Below, in pieces: positions 56,413-64,000 of a stretch of DNA of 64,000 nucleotides. The notes under the pieces are model-generated. The model worked only from the letters and a program-made list of their open reading frames with translations, was not told the origin of the DNA and did no database searches. Made by a program: the position numbers and the translations under genes. This DNA is from Thermoanaerobaculia bacterium (GTDB lineage: Bacteria > Acidobacteriota > Thermoanaerobaculia > UBA5066): assembly GCA_963719225.1 (NCBI GenBank), contig CAVRAY010000001.1, positions 1,760,001-1,824,000 on the forward strand, read 5' to 3'. Position 1 is the stretch's first letter, and every line of letters starts with the position of its first letter.

Positions 56413-57453
56413 CTAGAGTTTGATCTTCTTCAGGGCTTCCATTTCGAGGGCGACTACCTCCTTCGGAAGCGGGGCATAGCCGAGATCGGCGCAGTACTTC
56501 TGCCCTTCCGTCAGAGCCCAATGCATGAAGTCGACCATGATCTTCGCGAGCTTCTTGTCCTTCGGATTTTCGTAGAAGAGCAGCCAGGTGAAGGAGCTGA
56601 CGGGATACACGCCGGGCCCGGGCGCATTCGTGATCGAGACGCGAAAGTCCTTCGGCATGGCCTTGGCCGCGCCAGCTGCCGCCGCGGTCACGGAGTCGAG
56701 CGACGAACGGACGAATTCTCCGGCCATGTTCTGGACCGACCCGTACGAGATCTTGTTCTGGATCGCATAGATGAGCTCGACATAGCCGATCGCGCCCGGG
56801 GTCTGTTTCACGAGGCCGGCCACGCCCTCATTCCCTTTACCACCGACGCCGACAGGCCAGTTGACGGAGGTCGCGATGCCGACCTTCTTCTTCCACTCGG
56901 GAGAGATCTTCGAGAGGTAGTCCACCCAGATGTACGTCGTGCCCGAGCCGTCCGAGCGATGTGCGACGGCGATGTCCATGACGGGGAGGTTCACTCCGGG
57001 ATTCAGCTTCGTGATCGCGGGGTCGTTCCACTTCGTGATCTTGCCCAGAAAGATGTCGGCGAGGACCGGCCCCGTGAATTTCAGCTCCGCGCTGACCCCG
57101 GGGATGTTGTAGACGGGGACGTCGCCACCGAGGACGGTCGGGAAGTGGAGGATCGCGCGCGGAGCCCCGGCGAGCTGGTCGTTCGTCATCGGCCCGTCGG
57201 AAGCGCCGAAGAAGACCGTCTCGTTCGTGAGCTGGCGAATGCCGCCGCCCGAGCCGATCGACTGGTAGTTGATCTCGATGTCGGGATGGAGCTTGTGGTA
57301 TTCGTCGAACCATTTCGAATAGATGGGGTACGGGAACGTGGCTCCTGCGCCGTTGATCTGGACCTTCTGTGCCGCGGCCGGGCCGGCGGCAAAGAGGATT
57401 CCGAGGAGAGCGGGGAAAAGAGACCGGAGATTTCTTTTGAAAGTGGTATTCAT
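56413..57453 (-). CDS. pstS: Phosphate-binding protein
   Basis: GAGATFPYP, YQSIGSGGG, HRSDGSGTT, GKGNEGV. Confidence 0.97.
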   Translation of the reverse strand: MNTTFKRNLRSLFPALLGILFAAGPAAAQKVQINGAGATFPYPIYSKWFDEYHKLHPDIEINYQSIGSGGGIRQLTNETVFFGASDGPMTNDQLAGAPRAILHFPTVLGGDVPVYNIPGVSAELKFTGPVLADIFLGKITKWNDPAITKLNPGVNLPVMDIAVAHRSDGSGTTYIWVDYLSKISPEWKKKVGIATSVNWPVGVGGKGNEGVAGLVKQTPGAIGYVELIYAIQNKISYGSVQNMAGEFVRSSLDSVTAAAAGAAKAMPKDFRVSITNAPGPGVYPVSSFTWLLFYENPKDKKLAKIMVDFMHWALTEGQKYCADLGYAPLPKEVVALEMEALKKIKL

Positions 57454-57511
57454 GTTCGCTTTCGTCTCCTGAAGTCGGGCGCCTCGCGCCGGGCGCTTCA
57501 TGGCGCCACGA

Positions 57512-57540
57512 TGTGAGACGCGGATGAAGTTCGTGTGAAG
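57512..57540 (-). promoter_or_regulatory. Pho-box-like tandem repeats upstream of pstS
   Basis: Minus strand CTTCACA-cgaa-CTTCATC-cgcg-TCTCACA, 11-bp period. Confidence 0.65.
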
Positions 57541-57608
57541 ACTTCCCGCAACTCTTTCTTTCTAAGAGATTTCTTTCTCTTCTTTCGTCGTTTGTCTTCG
57601 TCTTCTCT

Positions 57609-58721
57609 TCAGAAGTTGAAGAGCGTGTGAAGGGCGTAGAACTTGTTGTCGGCTTTCGCGGGCGCGAAGTTGTCGAACCTCTCCTGGGTGTAGTCCGCCA
57701 TGAGGGTGGAGACGATGCCGTGGCCGAAGTTGAACCAGTAGGCGATACCCACGATCGTGCGCTTCTGCTTCTGGTCGGTGTTCTGGTTCGGTTTGAGTTC
57801 GTCGTAGCGGATGAGGGCCTCGAGGCCGAAGGGCGTGCGTGGCGTCACCCAGACCGAGAAATCCTTCGGCTTGACCTCGGCCGAGCCGGGCGAAGCCTGG
57901 TTCGTGGCCTCGATGTACGTGAAGCCGAGGTTCACGTAGGGATGCTCGAACGTCGTGTCGACGATCCACCGGTTCTTCTTCTGGTCCTTCGCGACGTGGT
58001 CGGCGTTGTAATAGCCGGCGATTCTCCAGCCCTTCGCGACGGCGATGCCCGCGAGCGGACGCACCGAGGCGCGAACCTGGAAGCCCTTCTGGTCGTTCGC
58101 CTCGGCCTTGCTGTAGCCCTCGCCGTTGTAGATGCCGACGTGGACGTCGCCGTAGTTGTTCGGGAAGTTGACGTGGCTCGAGATCCCGAGATCGGAAGAC
58201 GTGATGAAGCCGTCCTTGTCGACCATGATCGGGCTCTGGAACCGGTAGCGATAAATGCCTTCGGCGTAGTCGATGTACGGCGTCTGCTGGAGTCCGATGC
58301 GGGCCCAGGAGCCCTTCGGCAGCCAGTCGTCCATGTTGAACTGTGCGAAGGCGTACTTGACCCGAACGGCGTAGCTGCCGGATAGCGTGCCCGTCGCGTC
58401 GGTCACGCGCACGAGGTCCGTCGTGATGCGGTACGAGAGCAGGTGGTGGAGCTGGCCGGTGATGTTGAGGTACGCGCGCGAGACGTTGAACGCGTTCGGG
58501 TTGTAGTCGCTCCCGTCGGCGTTCTTGGCGGTGGGCGAGTCCGTGTACGTGTAGTCCGCGAAGAGCGTGAATCCGACCTTGAGCGCGGGCTTGTCGTCCG
58601 GTGGGACGTAGCCGGCGGCGGGGGTGACCTGGGCGCGGGCGATTGGCGAGAGGGCGGTCACGAAGGCTGCGATCGCGACCGCGAGGACGGCGCGACGGGC
58701 GCCGATCGTCGGTTTCGGCAT
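57609..58721 (-). CDS. Outer-membrane beta-barrel porin, probably phosphate-related
   Basis: Signal peptide, FNVSRAYL, VKYAF, C-terminal Phe; directly upstream of pstS. Confidence 0.75.
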   Translation of the reverse strand: MPKPTIGARRAVLAVAIAAFVTALSPIARAQVTPAAGYVPPDDKPALKVGFTLFADYTYTDSPTAKNADGSDYNPNAFNVSRAYLNITGQLHHLLSYRITTDLVRVTDATGTLSGSYAVRVKYAFAQFNMDDWLPKGSWARIGLQQTPYIDYAEGIYRYRFQSPIMVDKDGFITSSDLGISSHVNFPNNYGDVHVGIYNGEGYSKAEANDQKGFQVRASVRPLAGIAVAKGWRIAGYYNADHVAKDQKKNRWIVDTTFEHPYVNLGFTYIEATNQASPGSAEVKPKDFSVWVTPRTPFGLEALIRYDELKPNQNTDQKQKRTIVGIAYWFNFGHGIVSTLMADYTQERFDNFAPAKADNKFYALHTLFNF

Positions 58722-58774
58722 AGAGAGTCCTCCTTCTTTCTCGGTCGGACTCTCCCGGAGCGCGATCAACGCAT

Positions 58775-58792
58775 TGCGAAGGTCAGGTAAAT
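58775..58792 (-). promoter_or_regulatory. Weak Pho-box-like pair upstream of the porin
   Basis: Minus strand ATTTACC-tgac-CTTCGCA, similar distance to the start codon as the pstS box. Confidence 0.35.
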
Positions 58793-58840
58793 CTTGCGTG
58801 TAGAGGGTGGACGCCGGCACGACACGTCACCGGCGCGTCC

Positions 58841-58865
58841 TTTTACACGGCCTTAACGGAATCCT
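58841..58865 (+). promoter_or_regulatory. Pho-box-like element facing the candidate sRNA
   Basis: TTTTACACGGCCTTAACGGAATCCT; 21/25 identical to 63288-63312 (minus strand). Confidence 0.6.
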
Positions 58866-58879
58866 GTCTCGACGCTCAA

Positions 58880-58964
58880 GAAGGAGGGATATCAAGAGAC
58901 ACGCACCGGCGCGCCCCGCGCGCGCCTTCCTCCTCAGCCCCCGGGGATCCGGGGGCTCTTTTTT
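58880..58964 (+). ncRNA. Candidate small RNA (5' end approximate)
   Basis: 7-bp GC hairpin 58908-58926, single-stranded TTCCTCCTC, then terminator; no ATG/GTG-initiated ORF. Confidence 0.5.
58936..58964 (+). terminator. Rho-independent terminator
   Basis: AGCCCCCGG-GGAT-CCGGGGGCT-CTTTTTT; U-tract on the plus strand only. Confidence 0.8.
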
Positions 58965-58972
58965 GGCGGATT

Positions 58973-59200
58973 CTATGAGCGGACTGGCTCGAGCTCCGGG
59001 GAGCTCTTCCTGCGGAAGTGCTCGACCTTGCGCTTCTGCTGGCGGGCCAGGAGCTCGGGATCCCGCTCGGGGATCTTGACTTCCTGTTCGTGTTCGCAGG
59101 CTGTGCAAATGCGCATGACCGTATCGGGAGGCGGCTTCAGGAGACTCACGACCATCTGGTTGGAAGCTCTGCATGCCTCGCAGGTCCAGAGATGAAGCAT
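58973..59200 (-). CDS. Small zinc-ribbon protein
   Basis: CEAC...CTAC; GGAGG RBS upstream. Confidence 0.65.
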   Translation of the reverse strand: MLHLWTCEACRASNQMVVSLLKPPPDTVMRICTACEHEQEVKIPERDPELLARQQKRKVEHFRRKSSPELEPVRS

Positions 59201-59396
59201 CGGTTTTCGACCTCCGCGCGGGCGTTTATCACACGTGCGTGCAGGTCACGTGAAGGCCCGGTGCACAGCAAGATCGGAACCAGGGGAGGGCGATGAGGCG
59301 AGAGAGAGGGCGGCCAAAATCGCCTTCATGGCAACTCAGAACCCGAAGGATCGGTCCGCTGCCTCTGCTTTTCGTGTCGTGCGCCTCGGCGAGGAT

Positions 59397-59909
59397 TCAG
59401 TGCGTGCGTCCGCGCGTGTCGAGGCGCTCGCTCAACGCGAAGCCGGTCTCCGAGTCCCTTCCGAAGACATCGACGTAGGCCACGGACGGGAAAAGACCTT
59501 TCGTCGCCGAGACGAAGACGCGTGAGAGGACGGCGTTTCGGCCGTCGATCTCGGTGAGGACCTCGGCGCAGCCCTCGCGTTCGCGCAGGAGAAGCGAGCG
59601 GTTGGGAAATGCGCGCATCTTGAGTGAGAACGCACCGGGCGAGGGTCCTTGCACGGCTTCGACCCCGTAAGCGCGGATCCTCTCGAAGAAGTTCAGCCCG
59701 AGCTCGCGGCCGTCCTCGGCCTTCATGAGCCAGAAGACCCGCACCGGTTTCTTCGGATCGAGCTGGCCGTCGGCGGCGTGCACCGCCTCGTACACGACGA
59801 CGTTCGCGTTCACATTCCTCTCGACGGTGAAGAGCGGCCCGCACGCTTCGTCCGCAGACAAGGCCGGCACGACGGCGATCAGGAGAAGCGCGCCAATCGA
59901 CTTCTTCAC
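59397..59909 (-). CDS. DUF4833-like secreted protein
   Basis: LFTVERNVNANVVVYE, LNFFERIRAYG, VAYVDVFG. Confidence 0.75.
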   Translation of the reverse strand: MKKSIGALLLIAVVPALSADEACGPLFTVERNVNANVVVYEAVHAADGQLDPKKPVRVFWLMKAEDGRELGLNFFERIRAYGVEAVQGPSPGAFSLKMRAFPNRSLLLREREGCAEVLTEIDGRNAVLSRVFVSATKGLFPSVAYVDVFGRDSETGFALSERLDTRGRTH

Positions 59910-59958
59910 GGGATCCCCATCGGGCCGGGATGGTACCTGCTCTTCGTATGATCGAGGC

Positions 59959-61197
59959 GTGAGCGGCGCCGAGAAGAACTACGAGCTCCTGGAAGGCCGC
60001 GAGGGCGTGCCGGTGAAGGCGTGGGTGAAGGGCGTGCCGTTCGAGGAGGAGGCCAAAAAGCAACTCCTGAACGTGGCGCGGCTGCCGTTCGTCTATCGGT
60101 GGGTCGCGGCGATGCCGGACGTGCACCTCGGCATCGGCGCGACGGTGGGAAGCGTGATCCCGACCGTGGGCGCGATCATCCCGGCCGCCGTCGGCGTGGA
60201 CATCGGCTGCGGAATGATGGCGACGCTGACGACGCTCGTCGCGAGCGACCTTCCGGATGATCTCAAGGGAATCCGGAGCGCGATCGAGCGCGCGGTGCCG
60301 CACGGGCGCACGAACAACGGCGGGCGCGGGGACCGCGGGGCGTGGGGAGACGCGCCGGATCCGGTCGCGGAAGCATGGAAGAGACTCGAGCCGGCCTACC
60401 GCCGCCTCCTCGACCGCCACCCTTCGCTCGACCGTGGCGCTCCGCCGGCGGCGCAGCTCGGCACGCTCGGCACCGGAAACCACTTCATCGAGGTCTGCCT
60501 CGACGAGAAGGACCGCGTCTGGTTCCTTCTCCACAGCGGCTCGCGCGGCGTGGGCAACCGCATCGGGACGCAGTTCACCGAGATCGCGAAGAAGGACATG
60601 AAAGCGGCAGGCGTGGACCTGCCCGACCGCGACCTCGCCTACCTGCCCGAAGGCACGGCGCACTTCCGTGACTACGTTGAAGGTGTCGGCTGGGCGCAGC
60701 ACTACGCCGCGACGAACCGCGTCCTCATGATGGAGCGCATCGTCGGAGCCGTGGCTTCCTCGGGAGACGTGCCGCCGTTCACGGTCGGCGGGACTGTCGT
60801 GAACTGCCACCACAACTACGTCGCGAAGGAGCGCCACTTCGGGCGCGAGGTCTTCGTGACGCGCAAGGGCGCCGTGCGCGCGGGCAAAGGGGAGCTCGGC
60901 ATCGTCCCCGGCAGCATGGGCGCGCGCTCCTACATCGTGCGCGGGCTCGGGAACCCCGAGAGCTTCGAGAGCTGCTCGCACGGCGCCGGCCGCCGGATGT
61001 CGCGCGGCGAGGCGAAGCGCCGCTTCACGGTGAAAGACCACGAGGAAGCCACGCGCGGCGTGGAATGCCGCAAGGATTCCGGGGTCATCGACGAGACGCC
61101 CGCCGCGTACAAGTCCATCGACGACGTGATGGCCGCGCAGCGCGACTTCGCCGAGCCCGTCGAGACGCTCCGGCAGGTCGTTTGCGTCAAGGGCTGA
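59959..61197 (+). CDS. rtcB: RNA ligase RtcB
   Basis: MPDVHLG, VGVDIGCG, GTGNHFIE, HSGSRG, HHNY, PGSMG, HGAGR, YKSID. Confidence 0.96.
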   Translation: MSGAEKNYELLEGREGVPVKAWVKGVPFEEEAKKQLLNVARLPFVYRWVAAMPDVHLGIGATVGSVIPTVGAIIPAAVGVDIGCGMMATLTTLVASDLPDDLKGIRSAIERAVPHGRTNNGGRGDRGAWGDAPDPVAEAWKRLEPAYRRLLDRHPSLDRGAPPAAQLGTLGTGNHFIEVCLDEKDRVWFLLHSGSRGVGNRIGTQFTEIAKKDMKAAGVDLPDRDLAYLPEGTAHFRDYVEGVGWAQHYAATNRVLMMERIVGAVASSGDVPPFTVGGTVVNCHHNYVAKERHFGREVFVTRKGAVRAGKGELGIVPGSMGARSYIVRGLGNPESFESCSHGAGRRMSRGEAKRRFTVKDHEEATRGVECRKDSGVIDETPAAYKSIDDVMAAQRDFAEPVETLRQVVCVKG

Positions 61198-61221
61198 GAC
61201 GGCAGAGTCCGAGCGCCAATC

Positions 61222-62448
61222 TCAGGCGACGGCAGGCAGGCGCGACGGCATGAGGTGCGTGCCCGGCCCGAGGCGGGCGCGGTGGCCCTGCCAGTCGACC
61301 TCGCGCGAGACGTACGGCACAACCTGCGTCGCGAGCTGAAAGAAGTCCTTGACCGGAAGCAGGAGGAGCTGCGCCGGAGTGAGGTCTGCGCGCGTCGCAC
61401 GCGCGAGGACGAAACCCTGCGCGAGCCGGAGAAGGAGGATGGCGCCGGCGGCGGCAAACGGCAGAGGCGGGAGGCCGGAGGGCCCGAGCGCCGCGCCGCC
61501 GCAGGCGAGGAGGGAAAACGGAAGCGGATTGAGGAGGAGCTCGCCCGTGTACGTCATCTTCGAGAAGGAATAGCGGATCTTTCCCCAGCGCACCTGGCGG
61601 TCCAGCGCCCGCCCGAGGGGTCTGTCGACCGTCACGTTGCGGACGACGACCGTCGAAAGTGCGATCCGAAAGCCCGCATCTTTCACGGCGCAGCCAATCG
61701 CCTGGTCCTCCGCGAGGACTTGTGCGAACGCCGCGAAGCCGCCGATCGCGTCATGGGCGGCCCGCGTCAGGGCCATGGACTTGCCCACGACGCAGGCGAC
61801 GCTTCCGGCGTCCGCGAGAACCGTGCCCGGCAGGACGAACGTGAGGAGGTGAAGGCTCTCGATCACGGCGCCGAACGACCGCGCGCCGGAGCCCGTGAAG
61901 ACGTTCGAGACGCAGCCGATCGCGGGATCGTCGAACGCGGCGACGGTCGCCGCAACGTCGTCGGGCTCGAGGCGCACGTTCGAGTCGGAAACGAAGAAGA
62001 TATCACCGCGGGCGGCGCGTGCCGCCGCGACGAGCCGCTCGACCTTCGGGTTCGAGAGCGCGATGCCGGTCCCTCCGCCCACGACGAGGCGGAACGGAGC
62101 ATCGGGAAAGCGAGCCATGACGCGCCGGGCGGTGGGCACCGCGGGATCCTCCTCGCGCTCGGCCGAGAGGATGACCTCGTACGTGACGCCCGTCAGGCGC
62201 GCGAAGGAGGCGAGGTTCTCCTCGAGGCCGTCGTCAAGCCCGGAGAGGGGCTTGAGGATCGAGACGCGCAGCGGCGTCGTGGTGAAAGCGGCCGGCAGGG
62301 AAGCGCTCGCGGCCGGCTCGCGCCGGCCGGGCGCGAAAGGGCGAGGCTTGTGTTTCCGCTTCCCGAGGAACCGGACGACGAGACCGGTCTGGACGGTCGT
62401 CAGCACGGCACCGATCGCGGCCAGGGCGAGGAGAATCGTCGTGATCAT
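61222..62448 (-). CDS. GT2/GT21 ceramide-glucosyltransferase (HpnI)-like glycosyltransferase
   Basis: SILKPLSG, NPKV, SDSN, LAEDQ, RQVRW. Confidence 0.88.
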   Translation of the reverse strand: MITTILLALAAIGAVLTTVQTGLVVRFLGKRKHKPRPFAPGRREPAASASLPAAFTTTPLRVSILKPLSGLDDGLEENLASFARLTGVTYEVILSAEREEDPAVPTARRVMARFPDAPFRLVVGGGTGIALSNPKVERLVAAARAARGDIFFVSDSNVRLEPDDVAATVAAFDDPAIGCVSNVFTGSGARSFGAVIESLHLLTFVLPGTVLADAGSVACVVGKSMALTRAAHDAIGGFAAFAQVLAEDQAIGCAVKDAGFRIALSTVVVRNVTVDRPLGRALDRQVRWGKIRYSFSKMTYTGELLLNPLPFSLLACGGAALGPSGLPPLPFAAAGAILLLRLAQGFVLARATRADLTPAQLLLLPVKDFFQLATQVVPYVSREVDWQGHRARLGPGTHLMPSRLPAVA

Positions 62449-62453
62449 GGCGC

Positions 62454-63233
62454 TCACGCGGTCGCCGGCTCGACGAAGCCGGGAATGACGGTGCAGGGGC
62501 GGAGCGGCTCGGTCTCGTCGGGGATGCGCGCCGCGACGGGGAACGGATCTGGCAGGCGCGTGATGCCGAGTCCCTTCCCGGTGCGAAGCGACGCGAGGAT
62601 CGCGTTCGGGCTCTTCTCGGCGCTCATGAGCGTCTTCCAAGCGTAGAGGTGCGGGCGGTCGTGGAAGTCGCTGTTGCCGACGTACGGGAGGCGGGCGCGC
62701 GAGACCTGCGGGAAGAGGTCCCACCGGCACGCGAGCTCCCAGAGGTCGATGAGCCGCGAGACCTCGCGCCGCTTGTTCCAGAGGTAGAACGTGTTCGCGA
62801 ACCAGTCGGACTGCTCGTTCGGATGGCAAGCCACCGTCACCGCGCCGGCTTCGCGGGCGCGGGTGAGCATCTCCTCGACTGGGCCGTCCGCCGGGACGAA
62901 GCGGTCGAGTCCGAGCGCGAGGGCGTGGGCCGAACGCTTCCCGCTGAGGGCGTTTCGCGTCAGCTCGCAGCCGGCGAGGACGACCATGCGGTGCTCGTCC
63001 CACGCGCGCCGCGCTTCCGTTTCGATCTCGGCGCGGTACGCGTCGAAGTTCTCCTTCGTGATCGACAGCCGGCAGCCGTGCGCGATCTTCCCGAGGAGGG
63101 AGTCCGTGTCGACGACGTGGTCGGTGATGGCGATGACGTCATGGCCGGTGCGCCCGAAGAGGTCTACGATCTCGGGAATCGACAGGCGTCCATCCGACCA
63201 GGTCGAATGCACGTGAAAGTCGGCCAGCAGCAT
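62454..63233 (-). CDS. PHP-domain phosphoesterase
   Basis: DFHVHSTWSDG, AITDH, CHP, NSDFH; AAGGAGG RBS. Confidence 0.9.
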   Translation of the reverse strand: MLLADFHVHSTWSDGRLSIPEIVDLFGRTGHDVIAITDHVVDTDSLLGKIAHGCRLSITKENFDAYRAEIETEARRAWDEHRMVVLAGCELTRNALSGKRSAHALALGLDRFVPADGPVEEMLTRAREAGAVTVACHPNEQSDWFANTFYLWNKRREVSRLIDLWELACRWDLFPQVSRARLPYVGNSDFHDRPHLYAWKTLMSAEKSPNAILASLRTGKGLGITRLPDPFPVAARIPDETEPLRPCTVIPGFVEPATA

Positions 63234-63287
63234 GATGGTTCGCCTCCTTCCCCGCGAAAGATGGGACCCGGGGGTCGAAAGGGGATG

Positions 63288-63312
63288 AGGAAGCCGTTCA
63301 GGCCGTGTTAAA
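63288..63312 (-). promoter_or_regulatory. Pho-box-like element upstream of the PHP-glycosyltransferase operon
   Basis: Minus strand TTTAACACGGCCTGAACGGCTTCCT. Confidence 0.6.
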
Positions 63313-64000
63313 TGTGCACAGATTTCTGTGCAGGGTTTTCCCGAAAGGGCCGAGAAAGGAATGACTTGCCGATTTCGCGGAAGATCCCGGCCGAAGGCCG
63401 CGGGCGGCGCTCGAAGGTCCCGGGATCGACCGCGAAAAGGCCGAACTTCGGGCCGTATCCGTCCAGCCATTCGAAGTTGTCGAGCAGCGACCAGTGAAGG
63501 TAGCCGGCGATCGGAACGCCCGCCGCCTCGGCCTCGGCGAGCGCGGCCAGGTGGGACTTCAGGAACTCGGGGCGAAACGAGTCGGCCCGGTCCGCGACGC
63601 CGTTCTCCGTGACGAGGACCGGGAGGCCGAGCGCTCCCGCGTCCCGAAGAAGGCCGGGGAAGGACGCCGGCGCGATCTCCCAGCCGTTGTCGGTGAGGCC
63701 GCGCCCATGCCGGTCGCGGTACGCGAAGCGGGTGAGGACGCGCGTCGCGGCCGGGAAGCGCACGTGCAGGCGCGAGTAGTAGTTGACACCCACGAAATCG
63801 AGCGAGCCCAAGAGCGCATCGCGGCGGCCCTTGAAACGCGTGAACGGCGGGATCCAGAGATCCCACCGCCCCGTCGTGAAGGCCTCGAGGAACGCCGTGT
63901 TGTAGAGCCGGCGCGCGTGGCGGGCGAGGAAGGCGTCGAGCGGGTTTCGCGGGCGGTCCGCGGCGAAGTCCATCATGTTGTGCGCGATGCCGATCGCCGC
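63308..64000 (-). CDS. Glycoside hydrolase family 1 (5' end outside window)
   Basis: DFVGVNYY, VTENG, WSLLDNFEW, KFGL. Confidence 0.92.
   Translation of the reverse strand, partial: AAIGIAHNMMDFAADRPRNPLDAFLARHARRLYNTAFLEAFTTGRWDLWIPPFTRFKGRRDALLGSLDFVGVNYYSRLHVRFPAATRVLTRFAYRDRHGRGLTDNGWEIAPASFPGLLRDAGALGLPVLVTENGVADRADSFRPEFLKSHLAALAEAEAAGVPIAGYLHWSLLDNFEWLDGYGPKFGLFAVDPGTFERRPRPSAGIFREIGKSFLSRPFRENPAQKSVHI

Noticed and set aside
59200-59397. Riboswitch upstream of the zinc-ribbon gene
   Set aside because: No recognisable aptamer consensus; an Rfam scan would be needed
59959-61197. RtcB as partner of the MazF/VapC toxins
   Set aside because: About 10 kb away, separated by the Pho locus, with no rtcA/rtcR; no sequence evidence of linkage

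Overview
High-GC bacterial chromosome segment, roughly 65-70% GC by eye. Gene content and protein style suggest Acidobacteriota, possibly Thermoanaerobaculia (inference). 0-20 kb: housekeeping and transport genes (gpmA, rpmB-rpmG, an SthA-DUF429 fusion, a frameshift-riddled MacAB-type ABC locus, M16 and S9 peptidases, Fe-SOD, hldD, a DHS-like gene, two SCO genes, a LolCDE-like ABC). 20-43.7 kb: reductive pyrimidine catabolism genes (NCS1, PreA, PydD, HydA, beta-ureidopropionase, MmsA) adjoining a panB-panE-panC-coaX-coaBC operon without panD, interrupted by a 1883-aa kinase-ATPase-TPR-2xSBP5 protein. 43.8-50.5 kb: accessory island with three toxin-antitoxin pairs around an ECF sigma factor, a Zn-finger/TPR protein and an unannotated 41-aa peptide, flanked by a duplicated ~84-bp promoter-like element. 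50.5-64 kb: Pho locus (porin, pstSCAB, phoB, phoR, phoU), a candidate Pho-box-driven sRNA, rtcB, and a PHP-glycosyltransferase operon sharing the same box. Best candidates for undescribed systems: the ECF-TPR-peptide module, the STAND-like kinase with tandem solute-binding domains, and the Pho-linked anti-SD sRNA. No tRNA, rRNA, CRISPR array, integrase or transposase was seen. All family calls come from motif recognition, not database searches.
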